DNA of 64,000 bases. It comes from Balanoglossus misakiensis (taxonomy: Eukaryota > Animalia > Hemichordata). The DNA lies in the NCBI GenBank assembly GCA_040954595.2, contig JBECUI020000030.1:281261-345260 (forward strand), read 5' to 3'. Under the pieces are notes generated by a model. It was not told the origin of the DNA, searched no databases, and was given only the letters and a program-made list of their open reading frames with translations. The translations under genes were made by a program, and so were the position numbers. Shown here one piece after another: positions 9,451-20,097 of the stretch (position 1 is its first letter; every line of letters starts with the position of its first letter).

Positions 9451-10198
9451 TATTTTGTAGCTCCAAACGAATATGAGGAATAGCAAGATATTCAAGTAGA
9501 CCGCTATACTCAATTTCCAGTAACAACCATGAAAGAACCGTATACTGATACGCAATATTCATATCAAGACTAATAAAGTTATGAAAAGATAGAAAAACAG
9601 GATTTGAAAATATCTCCCAGCCGGTATCTTCAGCAATTATTAGCCCAGTCTGGCCGGAATAGTATGGCCGCGAGCCGACGTTTAACATTGGCATATATAG
9701 ACCTACCAACAATCCATGGGTCTGATTTATTTGCCAGTTCATATTTGCTTTAAGCCCTATGCCCGTATATTCTGTCCATGTTATTTCTGGGTCATTTCCC
9801 CACTCGTTCAATGTGAAATGTGCTCCTACCCCGAACAAGACTGTTATCTGATTGTTTGCCCATACTTGAAACAGTGATACGTATCTTGCTTTAATGAGAA
9901 ACGCAAACCCGACCGGGTGCTGATATGCTGGTGTGGCGGCACGATATAATGAAAATAATGAACCTACTCCAGACAGTATAAGAAATTTATGTTGAGTTCG
10001 GGCAGTACGATATGTGTATTCAATGCCAGCACCACCGAGAAGCGGTACTTGGTATAGGTTAGCATATGCCATATCGGCTCCTACACCTGAAAAAAGTGTA
10101 GCGATCATGCGAATTTCGGAATGTTGTATTTTCTCCTCTTGTGCAACCAGTGAAGGAATAAATATTATCCATAATACATAACATAACATCTGTCGCAT
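9419..10198 (-). CDS. Predicted small outer-membrane beta-barrel protein, cassette 1
   Basis: Signal peptide (SLVA-QEE), amphipathic Tyr/Gly-rich strands, C-terminal ...NMVFRF beta-signal. Confidence 0.7.
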   Translation of the reverse strand: MRQMLCYVLWIIFIPSLVAQEEKIQHSEIRMIATLFSGVGADMAYANLYQVPLLGGAGIEYTYRTARTQHKFLILSGVGSLFSLYRAATPAYQHPVGFAFLIKARYVSLFQVWANNQITVLFGVGAHFTLNEWGNDPEITWTEYTGIGLKANMNWQINQTHGLLVGLYMPMLNVGSRPYYSGQTGLIIAEDTGWEIFSNPVFLSFHNFISLDMNIAYQYTVLSWLLLEIEYSGLLEYLAIPHIRLELQNNVNLNMVFRF

Positions 10199-10282
10199 AG
10201 CTTATGCTAGGATAGCAGTGAAAAAATACCAAGTCAAGGAGAAAAACGAGCTGGGACATGCATAGTTATTGGGTTAAATAAG

Positions 10283-10302
10283 CCGGAGAGTTTCCCCTCC
10301 GG
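10283..10302. terminator. Stem-loop, duplicate of the hairpin after the PTS IIC gene
   Basis: CCGGAG-AGTTTCCC-CTCCGG; the same hairpin is at 18756-18777. Confidence 0.55.
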
Positions 10303-10489
10303 AAAATAAGATTCTGCTACTTATAGAGGGGTGGGTAATACTTTTTGATCACGCGACATATTTCATAACTTTTCTTTCTAAATCTTCTTTTTGAGATAAG
10401 GATGTTATACAATGATTCTACATTCGCGTAGTAAATGCTGATACGCATCTTCAATAGTTGTATATTTGTTCGTTGCAACGGCAAAACTT

Positions 10490-10888
10490 TCAGCTTTCTT
10501 CTGTGCTTGTATATATTTTTCTGTTGCTTGATAAATATGGTAGCAATCTGGTCAATCTTGTCTTTTCTAAGGGCGTAAACTCGCGTCCTACCAGCTTTAG
10601 TGCCATATCATCGGTAGTCATTTCGGAGGTGCCTCCTTCAAAAAGCTTATCGCCGTCTCTCAGGACAATAACTTTCTCGGTAATCTTCTTTACTTCTTCT
10701 AGTTTATGACTGACAAAGATTACGCCAACCCCCTTGTCTCTGATATCATTGATTACTCTAAATAATTGTTGTATTTCTTTTGGGGTTAACATTGAGGTTG
10801 GTTCGTCAAGAATGAGCATCTTAAGATCTTTTATCAGTACGTGCACTACTTTAATCATCTGCTTTGACGCAACAGATAGATTACCCAT
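10490..10888 (-). pseudogene. Internal fragment of a sugar ABC ATPase (RbsA/MglA-like)
   Basis: Walker B LILDEPT and VSHKLEEV are present; Walker A and the second ATPase half are missing. Confidence 0.7.
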
Positions 10889-10942
10889 GTTGGTTTGGTA
10901 ATTCTCGTCCTCCCTGTTGTTGGCTTGGGAGATCGGGTAGTG

Positions 10943-13900
10943 TCATTCTATATTAAGATTTTCAAACATATTAAATGTAACTTTTTCCTGTTTCATCTTT
11001 GCCGGCAGATACTTTTTAATTTCTTCCAATATTTTCTTATCTCTTCCGTCAGCTTGCCATTTTTCATAAAGAGATACGGAAATAATCCAAGTCTCCATAC
11101 GTTTTATTAAAATATCACTTATTATTTTTATTTTTTCCGCATTTTCTAATGCTAAAATCTTCTCCCACTGATGCCCTTCTACCTCTTGAGTACCGTTGTT
11201 CCGAGCTCCTAAAATGACATGAAGTTTTTCTTTTTTGGGAATAAGATTAACAAAAATAGGGTAAAATAAAGTCTTGTGCATACAATCAATGTCTGGTGTC
11301 CATGTTCCATTATCTACACGTGCTACTTCCACTAAAGTAGGAAGTCCATACACACCAGAAGTGCATACATCAATCTTTGGCAACTCAAAATGGATAAACT
11401 TAAAATTTCTTGGACTACCGGATTCTAATTTTTTTTCAGTATGGTGCTTAATATCCTGTTCAAAAAGTTGCTTAATATCTTTGTCTAATTTAACCGCACA
11501 ATATTGACCAATATATAGTTTCTGATAGTGTTTTTTCCATTCTTCTGAAACATTAGATGCAAAAATTTTCTTATACCACTTAATATTATATTCCTGCTTG
11601 TAGTATTCACTCAAAAAACCTCGATACGAAAAAAGCAGTTGATGATAATAGAAATCAAAATCAGCACTTCCTGATTCAATTGCTTGAAAAATATTGCTAT
11701 CGCATGTATTACAGAATCCCCAGAAAGTAATCACATTGCTTTTCTTTTTTCCTTTTTGTCGTATTTTACTCTCGTTAAATTTATAAGGGTTACGGTTTAT
11801 ATGTGGGTTGTTATCTGTAAGTTGAATAACTGTACCATCTGGAGTTGCAATATTATTTATAACACCTCTTGCTTGTTGAATATGAGAGCGAATTGCATCT
11901 TTAGTACAAGAAGGATTGTAGCACTTTTGGCTTATTTGCCAAGTTTCTCTCCTAAGTCGGTCCATAGTGTATATATCTTTTATGTCGTTTTTTCTTTTCT
12001 GTATCCAAAGGATAGCTTGTTCATTATCATCGCTTCCTTTGGAGCTACAAGCAAAATACTTTTTTGCTTGCTCATAGTCGGTGACCGCTTTGCTGTACTG
12101 CTCCGCTTTTTCATATGAAAGCCCGCGATTAAAATAAGCTCCTGCCTTGAGATTGTAATCAGTTGCTAATTTTATGGCTTGGGCATAGGCTTTACGGGCT
12201 TCATCGTGCTCTCCTGTTGCAGTATATGAAAACCCGCGATTAATGTAAGCCAGCACCTTGAGGGTGTTATCAGTCGCTAATTTTATGACTTGGCTATAGT
12301 CCTTACGGGCTTTGTCGTGGTCTCCTATTACGTCATATGAAACCCCGCGATTAAAACAAGCCCCTGCCTTGTCGTTGTCATCAGTTGCTGATTCTATGGC
12401 TTGTTTATAGTCCGCGACGGCTTGCTTCTGCTCTCCAGTTGTGGCATACAAAAGCCCGCGATTAAAATAACCATCTGCCTTGAGCTTGTCATCAGTTGCC
12501 AATGCTATGGCTTTGCTATAGTCCTTGCTGGCTTTATTGTATTCTTCTGTTGCTGCATATGAATTTCCACGATTAATATAAGCCAATGCCTTGAGGTTGT
12601 TAGCAGCTGGTAATGCGATGGCCTGGTTATAGTCTTCTATGGCTTTTTTGTGATCTCCTGTTGCGGCATATGAAAACCCGCGATTATTATAAGTCTCTGC
12701 CTTGAGCTTGTTATCAGGCAGTAATGCTATGGCTTGGTTATAGTCTTCTATGGCTTTTTTGTGATTTTTTGTTTCTGTATGTGAATGTCCGCGACCAGCA
12801 TAAGCCTTTGCTTTGAGCTTGTCATGAGCTGGCAACTCTATGACTTTGGTAAAATCTTCTATAGCCTTGTCGTGCTCTTTTGTTTTGGTATATGAACCCC
12901 CACGATTGAAATAAGCCGTTTCCTTGAGCTTGTTGTCAGCCGGTAATGCGATGGCCTGGTTATAGTCTTCTATGGCTTTTTTGTGATCTCCTGTTTTTGC
13001 ATATGAAAACCCGCGATTATTATAAGTCTCTGCCTTGAGCTTGTTATCAGGCAGTAATGCTATAGCTTGGCTATAGTCTTCTATGGCTTTGTTGTGGTCT
13101 TCTGTTTTTGCATATGAAAATCCGCGCTGAAAATAAGCATCTGCCTTAAGCTTGTTATCAGTCGCTAATTTTATGACTTGGCTATAGTCCTTACGGGCTT
13201 TATCGTGGTCTTCTATTACGTCATACAATGCCCCGCGATGAAAACAAGCTCCGGCCTTATCGTTGTTATCAGTTGTTAATTCTATGGCTTGGCTATAGTC
13301 TACAATGGCTAGTGCATAGTCTCCTGTTGTGGCATATGAAAACCCGCGATTATTATAAGTCTCTGCCTTGAGCTTGTTATCAGGCAGTAATGCTATGGCT
13401 TGGTTATAGTCTTCTATGGCTTTTTTGTGATTTTTTGTTTCTGTATGTGAATGTCCGCGACCAGCATAAGCTGGTGCTTTGAGCTTTTCATGAGCCGGCA
13501 ACTCTATGACTTTGGTAAAATCTTCTATAGCCTTGTCGTGCTCTTTTGTTTTGGTATATGAACCCCCACGATGCAAATAAGCCATTGCCTTGAGATTGGT
13601 ATGAGCCGAGAATTCGATGGCTTGGCTATAGTCCTCGACAGCTTGTTTCTGTTTTTCTGTTGCAGCATATGCATCCCCGCGATTTATATAAGCCTCTGCC
13701 TTGGCGTTGTCATTAGTTGCTAATTCTATGGCTTTGGTATAGTCTGCAATGGCTAGTGCATGGTCTCCTGTTTTGGCATACAAATTTCCGCGATTAATAT
13801 AAGCCAGTGCCTTGAGGTTCTTATCAGTCGCTAATGCTATGACTTGGCTATAGTCTTCTATAGCTTTATCGTGGTCTCCTGTTTTTGCATATAAAGTCCC

Positions 13901-14158
13901 GCGATCCATATAAGCCAGTACCTTGAGGTTCTTACCAGGCGCTAATGCTATGACTTGGGTGAAGTTCTCGCGGGCTTGGTTGTAATCTCCTACTATTGCG
14001 GCATATGAAAGCCCACGCTGAAAACAAGCCCTTGCCTTGAGCTTGTTATCAGTTGCTAATTCTATGACTTTGGTAAAGTCTCTACGGGCTTGCTCGTGGT
14101 CTCCTTTTTTGTAATGTTCAAGCCCACTCTTTAAATAGCTCTCTGCGTCTCTTTTCAT
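10943..14158 (-). CDS. TPR-repeat protein (about 19 repeats of 37 aa) with C-terminal Zn-binding HNH-like domain
   Basis: Repeats AYxNRG...AIEDYxxAI at 111-bp periodicity. C-terminus CYNPSC...IRSH...FWGFCNTCD..IF..IE. No signal peptide. Confidence 0.8.
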   Translation of the reverse strand: MKRDAESYLKSGLEHYKKGDHEQARRDFTKVIELATDNKLKARACFQRGLSYAAIVGDYNQARENFTQVIALAPGKNLKVLAYMDRGTLYAKTGDHDKAIEDYSQVIALATDKNLKALAYINRGNLYAKTGDHALAIADYTKAIELATNDNAKAEAYINRGDAYAATEKQKQAVEDYSQAIEFSAHTNLKAMAYLHRGGSYTKTKEHDKAIEDFTKVIELPAHEKLKAPAYAGRGHSHTETKNHKKAIEDYNQAIALLPDNKLKAETYNNRGFSYATTGDYALAIVDYSQAIELTTDNNDKAGACFHRGALYDVIEDHDKARKDYSQVIKLATDNKLKADAYFQRGFSYAKTEDHNKAIEDYSQAIALLPDNKLKAETYNNRGFSYAKTGDHKKAIEDYNQAIALPADNKLKETAYFNRGGSYTKTKEHDKAIEDFTKVIELPAHDKLKAKAYAGRGHSHTETKNHKKAIEDYNQAIALLPDNKLKAETYNNRGFSYAATGDHKKAIEDYNQAIALPAANNLKALAYINRGNSYAATEEYNKASKDYSKAIALATDDKLKADGYFNRGLLYATTGEQKQAVADYKQAIESATDDNDKAGACFNRGVSYDVIGDHDKARKDYSQVIKLATDNTLKVLAYINRGFSYTATGEHDEARKAYAQAIKLATDYNLKAGAYFNRGLSYEKAEQYSKAVTDYEQAKKYFACSSKGSDDNEQAILWIQKRKNDIKDIYTMDRLRRETWQISQKCYNPSCTKDAIRSHIQQARGVINNIATPDGTVIQLTDNNPHINRNPYKFNESKIRQKGKKKSNVITFWGFCNTCDSNIFQAIESGSADFDFYYHQLLFSYRGFLSEYYKQEYNIKWYKKIFASNVSEEWKKHYQKLYIGQYCAVKLDKDIKQLFEQDIKHHTEKKLESGSPRNFKFIHFELPKIDVCTSGVYGLPTLVEVARVDNGTWTPDIDCMHKTLFYPIFVNLIPKKEKLHVILGARNNGTQEVEGHQWEKILALENAEKIKIISDILIKRMETWIISVSLYEKWQADGRDKKILEEIKKYLPAKMKQEKVTFNMFENLNIE

Positions 14159-14166
14159 ATTACTAT

Positions 14167-14250
14167 ATATATATGTTTATCTTAAAAAGCAAGGGGGATT
14201 TGTCAAACATTTGTGAGAAGCATCCTACCAACACTTCCCTCTTTATCTCT
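14167..14250. repeat. 84-bp promoter-containing repeat, copy B
   Basis: Matches 8171-8254. On the minus strand TTGCTT-17nt-TATATA lies about 5 nt before the TPR ATG. Confidence 0.85.
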
Positions 14251-14554
14251 GTAATTATCTAAGAAATACGGGGCATGCTCTTTCTCCGCTTACCCCATAC
14301 CTATTGCATAGCTCTTCATGCTTTATATTATAGAATAGTATCTTATTAGATAACTAATCAATTATGATAGATGGAGCATATATATTAAGATGTTACATTG
14401 TCTTTATACAAATGATGGATTGACTGCTGATGGGAGGGAAATATCCGGTTCTGTCGGTAATTAGCACCTTGCCGTCTGTACTCATCGTTATTTATCGAGT
14501 AAATGGGCACTGGTGTTTTAAGCGACTCTGCTTGCTTATCTATGCGAAGGTCTA

Positions 14555-14791
14555 TTAATCGTCCGGTAAGGCGTCGAATTCTTTCTTTTTATTTTCAAAC
14601 CATTCTTGCATGACTTTCGGATCTTTCATAAGGTCATGCATGGCTTCCATCGCTTTCAAATGAGTTTCATCCTTCTTCTGGAACATTTCCGTTCCATGTT
14701 GTTTACTCATTTCGGCCATTTCATCAAATGAATTGGCATGAAACTCTTTATCGCAAGCACCACCGAGTTGTTTGCACGTCATTGTTTTCAT
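14555..14791 (-). CDS. DUF1059-like small metal-binding protein
   Basis: MKTMTCKQLGGACD...H motif. GGAG RBS before ATG 14791 and a TTGACA promoter upstream. Confidence 0.75.
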   Translation of the reverse strand: MKTMTCKQLGGACDKEFHANSFDEMAEMSKQHGTEMFQKKDETHLKAMEAMHDLMKDPKVMQEWFENKKKEFDALPDD

Positions 14792-14868
14792 AGGTATCTC
14801 CCGTATGTATAACACACTATATTGTTCTGTATACACTATGGCGTTTCTTTTGTCAAGGTAGTGCAGAA

Positions 14869-15993
14869 TTATTGTAGAAGGGTAATTGCTCGTTGTATGA
14901 CCGGGTCGTTTGTAGCGGCAGAAGTTAAAGGTACATCCGGTTGTATTCCTACCTTGAAGAACTCTGTTTTATCTGCTGTAGTTGTGCGACTCGTTGTTAT
15001 TCTAAACACCCACCCATTGGGAAGTTCGCGGTCAATAATAGTGCCTGCAGATCCATGGGTTGGCATACCGATAGTTTCTCGATACCCGACGGCTTTTTGG
15101 AGCATGAGAAGCAACATTTCGCCACCGCTACTTGTATTTGTATTTACCAGTATCACGATTGGGGCGGTTCTATAATAATCAACACCCTGTGGGTGGACGA
15201 ATTCATTAACGGTTTTATAGCTCGTTGGTGAGGTAATGTACTCGGAAATCATAAATATTTCTTTTTTATTTATGAACCGACCGGCAATCTCTTTCCCGTT
15301 TTGTACCGCCCCACCGGCGTCGCTGCGCAGATCAAAGATAATTGAGACGACATTCCTGCTATGGAATTCACTCAGAATTTCATCAATAAGTCTGCCAAAA
15401 ACACCCTTTTTTGAAGTAAGCCTTCCGGCACCGCCAATAGCTTGTACGAGTTCTTTTACAAAAATGTATCCAATTAGATTACTACCCGGTTGGTCTATTA
15501 TATCTATTATACCGTAGTATAGGGCTTGTGTCCGATCCAACATGGTAAGAGAGGAAAGATTATCTACCCAAGTATTGGATAAGCCTTCACTACCGAATGG
15601 GAAGAAATCATCGTAGTTGCTGCCGCGCTCTTGTTGTAAGTAAGTATTTCCGATTGGTAGGGGAGAATATATCGAATATAGATGGGTATCGCGAATATGT
15701 ATATTGATAACACGATCAAGGGCAGTAATCAATGTACTCCATGTAGGTGATTCTGCCAAGTTTCTTCGCTCTGTTATTTTTATATCTTGCAGGGAGCCGG
15801 AGTCGAATGCGTAGTCTTTGTACGCGTAGCCCTCTTCCAGTTCATGGAAGAAAAAATCATAGTTGCCAAGCGGAGTATTTGCAAAAGGTACTCCGTAGGC
15901 GATTGTACAACCGGTTCCCGTACCAATAAGGAGAATCAAAAAGAGGGGGGCAAGTATTTTCTTAAAACCTGAAGACAAGACCAAATAGCACAT
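14869..15993 (-). CDS. S41-family peptidase lipoprotein, cassette 2 (most divergent)
   Basis: Start MCYLV at 15993. GTGTG-C lipobox; HIRDTH, FDLRSDAGG, TSSGGE, GIQPD. Confidence 0.85.
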   Translation of the reverse strand: MCYLVLSSGFKKILAPLFLILLIGTGTGCTIAYGVPFANTPLGNYDFFFHELEEGYAYKDYAFDSGSLQDIKITERRNLAESPTWSTLITALDRVINIHIRDTHLYSIYSPLPIGNTYLQQERGSNYDDFFPFGSEGLSNTWVDNLSSLTMLDRTQALYYGIIDIIDQPGSNLIGYIFVKELVQAIGGAGRLTSKKGVFGRLIDEILSEFHSRNVVSIIFDLRSDAGGAVQNGKEIAGRFINKKEIFMISEYITSPTSYKTVNEFVHPQGVDYYRTAPIVILVNTNTSSGGEMLLLMLQKAVGYRETIGMPTHGSAGTIIDRELPNGWVFRITTSRTTTADKTEFFKVGIQPDVPLTSAATNDPVIQRAITLLQ

Positions 15994-16762
15994 TGTTTTG
16001 CAACTCCAATCGTGAACGAGGAATAGTAATGTATTCCAACACGCCGTAATACTCAACTATAAGGGCAAGCAATGAAGACACTGAATACTGGTAAGCGAGA
16101 CGCATGTCCATGCTAACAAAGTTATGAAAAGACAGGAAAGTGGGGGCATTAAATAGGACAGGAACAAATCCTTGTGTTTCAAGAATTGTTTCTTCATGAA
16201 GGGTGTATCCGGAATAGGCTGGGCGCCAACCAATGTTTAATACCGGCATGTATATCTGTGCGGTTAGTGCATGTAGTTGATTAATATCCCAACGAAATTG
16301 CATCCGTGGACCTATGCCGGAGTGTATCAGCCAAGTGTACCGAAGGGTGGAAGAGCTATTCGATACCCATATATTCCCGGTTAGGTGTACTCCCGGACCA
16401 AGCATAAACGAGATAGTACGGTAATGCCAGACTAGAAACAGCGAAGAGTATTGTATATTTAGTTGAAAGGCCAAGTCGGATGGGGGAGGGGTGGACGAGT
16501 ATGATATGCCGTAGGGTGAAAAAATCTTCCCCCCACCACCGCGTAGGGTGAGGCGATGTTCAGTAGTAGGCGTTTGATAGGCATATCCTAGGTTGATGCC
16601 ACCCAAGAGCGGCATTTTATATAGGTTTGCATACACACTGTCGCCAACAGGACCGGTAAAAAATATTGCTCCAAACTGAAATTCAGAATGCCGCGTTTGC
16701 TCTTCTTGGGCAAAAAGAGAGAATGCACCTATCATCAAGACACAGTATAGAAGTCTTCTCAT
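15962..16762 (-). CDS. Predicted outer-membrane beta-barrel protein, cassette 2
   Basis: Paralog of 9419-10198 (HSE, YANLY, GWRPAY, SFHNF, RLELQNNV, VFRF end). Confidence 0.7.
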   Translation of the reverse strand: MRRLLYCVLMIGAFSLFAQEEQTRHSEFQFGAIFFTGPVGDSVYANLYKMPLLGGINLGYAYQTPTTEHRLTLRGGGGKIFSPYGISYSSTPPPSDLAFQLNIQYSSLFLVWHYRTISFMLGPGVHLTGNIWVSNSSSTLRYTWLIHSGIGPRMQFRWDINQLHALTAQIYMPVLNIGWRPAYSGYTLHEETILETQGFVPVLFNAPTFLSFHNFVSMDMRLAYQYSVSSLLALIVEYYGVLEYITIPRSRLELQNNVLFGLVFRF

Positions 16763-16819
16763 CTAAGAACATGATAAGAATATCTGCAGCATCCAGTCAA
16801 GGGGGGAGTAATCTACCGA

Positions 16820-17940
16820 TTATTTAACTGTCTGTAATATGTCTACTGCTTTATCTAAACTCTGGTCGAAGGTGGAGAAAGGACTAGCAATAGATCTCAA
16901 AAATATATCTGGGCTAATACCAACCTTAAAGTAGTCAAAGCCGTCGAGCATAAAAGTGCGAAATCGCGGAAAGGTAACTATCCATCCATTTGGCAGTTCC
17001 CGTTTGTTCGCGGCTCCAGTGCATCCTAAAGAAGATGTTCCAATGACCTTTTGTATTGCCTCTGATTGTTGCAGCAGCATCAGGAGCATTTCGGCAGCAC
17101 TACAGGTAAGGGTATTTATTAGTACGACAAAGGGTTTATCTTGATAGTATGAAAATCCTTTTGGTTGGATGGTTTCATACTGCTTTTGGGAGCTGGTCTC
17201 GGAAATGCGCAATTCGGCCATCATAAAAGGTTTTTTCTTGTTGATAAATCGTGACCCCACCTCCATTGCATTTTGTCCGGCGCCACCCGGGTTGCCCCGA
17301 AGGTCAATAATAATTTTTTCCACACCATTACTGCGGAATTCTTTTAGAATATTATCAAGCCTTTGTCCAAGCACTTCTTGGTCCATGCCCAAAAACTGTA
17401 CAATATGGAAGTATCCAATGGGGGGAGTTGTCGTAGTTATTAGCCCGTATTGCAAAATATTTCCTGCGTCTATTATGTTGCCAGGAAAATTGAACTCGGG
17501 AGTATTCTGTTGGTCGGCATTGAATTGGTAATCCGGTGTGTATAGATCAAGGTCAGTTCCTCGTTTCTCTTGTATGAGACCTGAGAAAGTTTTTTCTGTG
17601 GCAGGTATTAATCCTTGGTCGAAATATAAATGTGGGTCGCGAATATGCAGATAGGCAACATCATGGAAAACTTCTCGTAGCTTTCCCCAAGTAGGGGTAG
17701 CGCGTATAACCGGCTTAAACAAGTTTTCTATATCTGTCAGAGTTCGTTCGTTTTCAAATGTATAATCGCTGTATGCATACATGGTTTTAGTTCGTGAAAG
17801 AAATAATCATAGTTTCCTACTGGTGTATTCTCAAAAGCCGGAGAAAATGAGAAACTACAGCCGACACTAACAAAAACTATGAACAGCAGAGCCGCTGTTC
17901 GGAACAATTTAGAAACGAAATACCATATTGAGGTTAACAT
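16820..17940 (-). CDS. S41-family peptidase lipoprotein, cassette 3 (one frameshift near 17785)
   Basis: ORFs 17737-18045 and 16820-17782 join into a close paralog of the cassette 1 peptidase. Confidence 0.8.
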
Positions 17941-18673
17941 TATTTTGTAGCTCCAAACGAATATGAGGAATAGCAAGATATTCAAGTAGACCGTTATACT
18001 CGATTTCCAGTAACAACCATGAAAGAAGCGCATACTGATACGCAATGTTCATATCAAGGCTAATAAAATTATGAAAGATAGAAAAGAAGGGTTTGTAAAC
18101 GTCTCCCAGCCCTTAGCATAATCTGATGCAGATTCCAAAACCTGTTCTGAATAGTATGGGCGCCAGCCAACGTTTACTATTGGCATGTATAGACCTACTA
18201 ACAGTGCATGGGCCTGATTTATTTGCCTTAAAGCCCACACCCGTATATTGCGTCCATACTGTTGTTAGGGACATCCACGTGTTCAATGTGAAATGTGCTC
18301 CAGCTCCGAGAAAGACTGCTATTTGATTGTTCGCCCATACCTGAAACAGCGATATATACCTTGCTTTAATTATATAAGCAAACCCGACTGGAAGCTGAAA
18401 TTCCGGTGTGGCAGCCTGATACAACGAAAACAAAGAGCCTGCTCCAGACAGTATAAGGAATTTATGTTGAGTTCGGGCAGTACGATATGTATACTCAATG
18501 CCCCCACCACCGAGAAGCGGTACTTTGTATAGGTTTGCATATGCCCTATCGGCCCCTACACCTGAAAAAAGTGTAGCGATCATGCGAATTTCGGAATGTT
18601 GTATTTTCTCCTCTTGTGCAAACAGTGAAGAAATAAATATTATCCATAATATGCAACATAATATCCGGTGCAT
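17909..18673 (-). CDS. Predicted outer-membrane beta-barrel protein, cassette 3 (frameshifted)
   Basis: DNA is near-identical to the cassette 1 barrel at both ends; pieces lie in several frames. Confidence 0.7.
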
Positions 18674-18755
18674 AGCTTATGCAGGATAGCAGTGAAAAGC
18701 AACCAAGTCAAGGAGAGAAATGAGCTGGGACATGCATAGTTATTGGGTTAAATAA

Positions 18756-18777
18756 GCCGGAGAGTTTCCCCTCCGGC
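18756..18777 (-). terminator. Hairpin after PTS IIC gene
   Basis: GCCGGAG-AGTTTCCC-CTCCGGC followed by TTATTT on the minus strand. Confidence 0.6.
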
Positions 18778-18794
18778 AAAATAAGGTTCTGCTA

Positions 18795-20056
18795 CTAAGG
18801 CATAAACAGTTTTACTATGTTACCCAGAATTGCTCCGATAGCAATAAAATCAGTGTCTGAGACGTTGTATTCGCAAATCCGAGATCCCCTAGAAGAGGCA
18901 GAAGTGTAATGGGCAAGAATGTAATCATTAACCCATTTACAAATGAACCTAATACGGCTCCTCTTCTTCCTCCGGTTGCATTGCCGAATACACCTGCGGT
19001 AGCACCGGTGAAAAAGTGGGGAATGACACCCGGTAAGATGAGAACCCAACTGAATACACCGCAAACTGCCATGCCAACCAAGCCACCGATAAAGCTAAAG
19101 AAAAATCCGATAAAGACCGCATTGGGAGCGTAAGGAAAAACAATAGGACAATCGAGTGCCGGTTTTGCATGGGGAACAAGTTTTTCGGAAAAGCCTTAAA
19201 GGCAGGAACAATCTCTGTTATAACCAAGCGGACGCCGGAAAGGACAATAAACACACCAGCTGCAAAGGTAATACCCTGAATAAGGGCAAAAAGGATGAAA
19301 TTCTGGCCGTTGCTCAGTTCTGTTTCAACAAAGGTCTGCCCCGCAGCAATAACAACAATGAAATAGAGTATACACATTGTCAAAGAAATAGAAATTGAAT
19401 TGTCACGTAAGAAGGCCAACTGCTTTGGAAAATTCATATCTTCAGTTGATTTTGAATTCTTTCCTACAAGTTTTCCGACATATGCAGATGCAACATAGCC
19501 GATTGTGCTGAAATGTCCAAAGCCAACCTCGTCGGTCCCTGTAATTTTTCTCATAGTTGGTTGGGCTATGGCAGGAAAGAATGCCATTGTAAAACCCAGA
19601 ATAACAGAACCAAGAGCAATCAAGCCTATACCGGACATGCCGCCGACTTCTAGAACTACAGCAATGATACATGCCATATACAGCGTGTGATGTCCAGTAA
19701 GGAAAATATACTTCAGAGGCGTAAATCGAGCTATCAGTATGTTTACAAACATACCAAAACACATAATAAGAGCAGTATACGTGCCAAATGTCTGCAATGC
19801 GAGAGAGACAATAGCTTCGTTGTTTGGTACTACTCCTTGTACATTAAATCCAGTTTGAAAGAGTACCCCGAAGTGGTTGAGAGCACCAACAATAATACCC
19901 GCGCCACCTCCTAGTACGATAAACCCTAATGTTGACTTCAATGTACCACGAACGATGTCTTCTATAGGTTTTTTCTGTGCGATAAGACCAATAAAAGCAA
20001 CAACTCCGATCATAATAGCCGGAACACTCAAAAAATCAAGAAAAAAAACTTAACAT
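18795..20056 (-). CDS. ulaA: PTS ascorbate-family EIIC (UlaA/SgaT-like), frameshifted
   Basis: GVVPNNEA, YIFLTGHH, GFGHF, GVIPHFFTGATAGVFGNATGGRRGA. GGAGG RBS before ATG 20056. Confidence 0.85.
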
Positions 20057-20097
20057 GTTATCCCCTCCTGGATTAAATATCTATAACAAAAGAAGCG

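Noticed and set aside
9451-9555. Long N-terminal extensions of S41 ORFs (also to 16056, 18045, 22282)
   Set aside because: They overlap barrel coding sequence; the conserved ATG 32 bp inside the barrel gives a normal lipoprotein signal.
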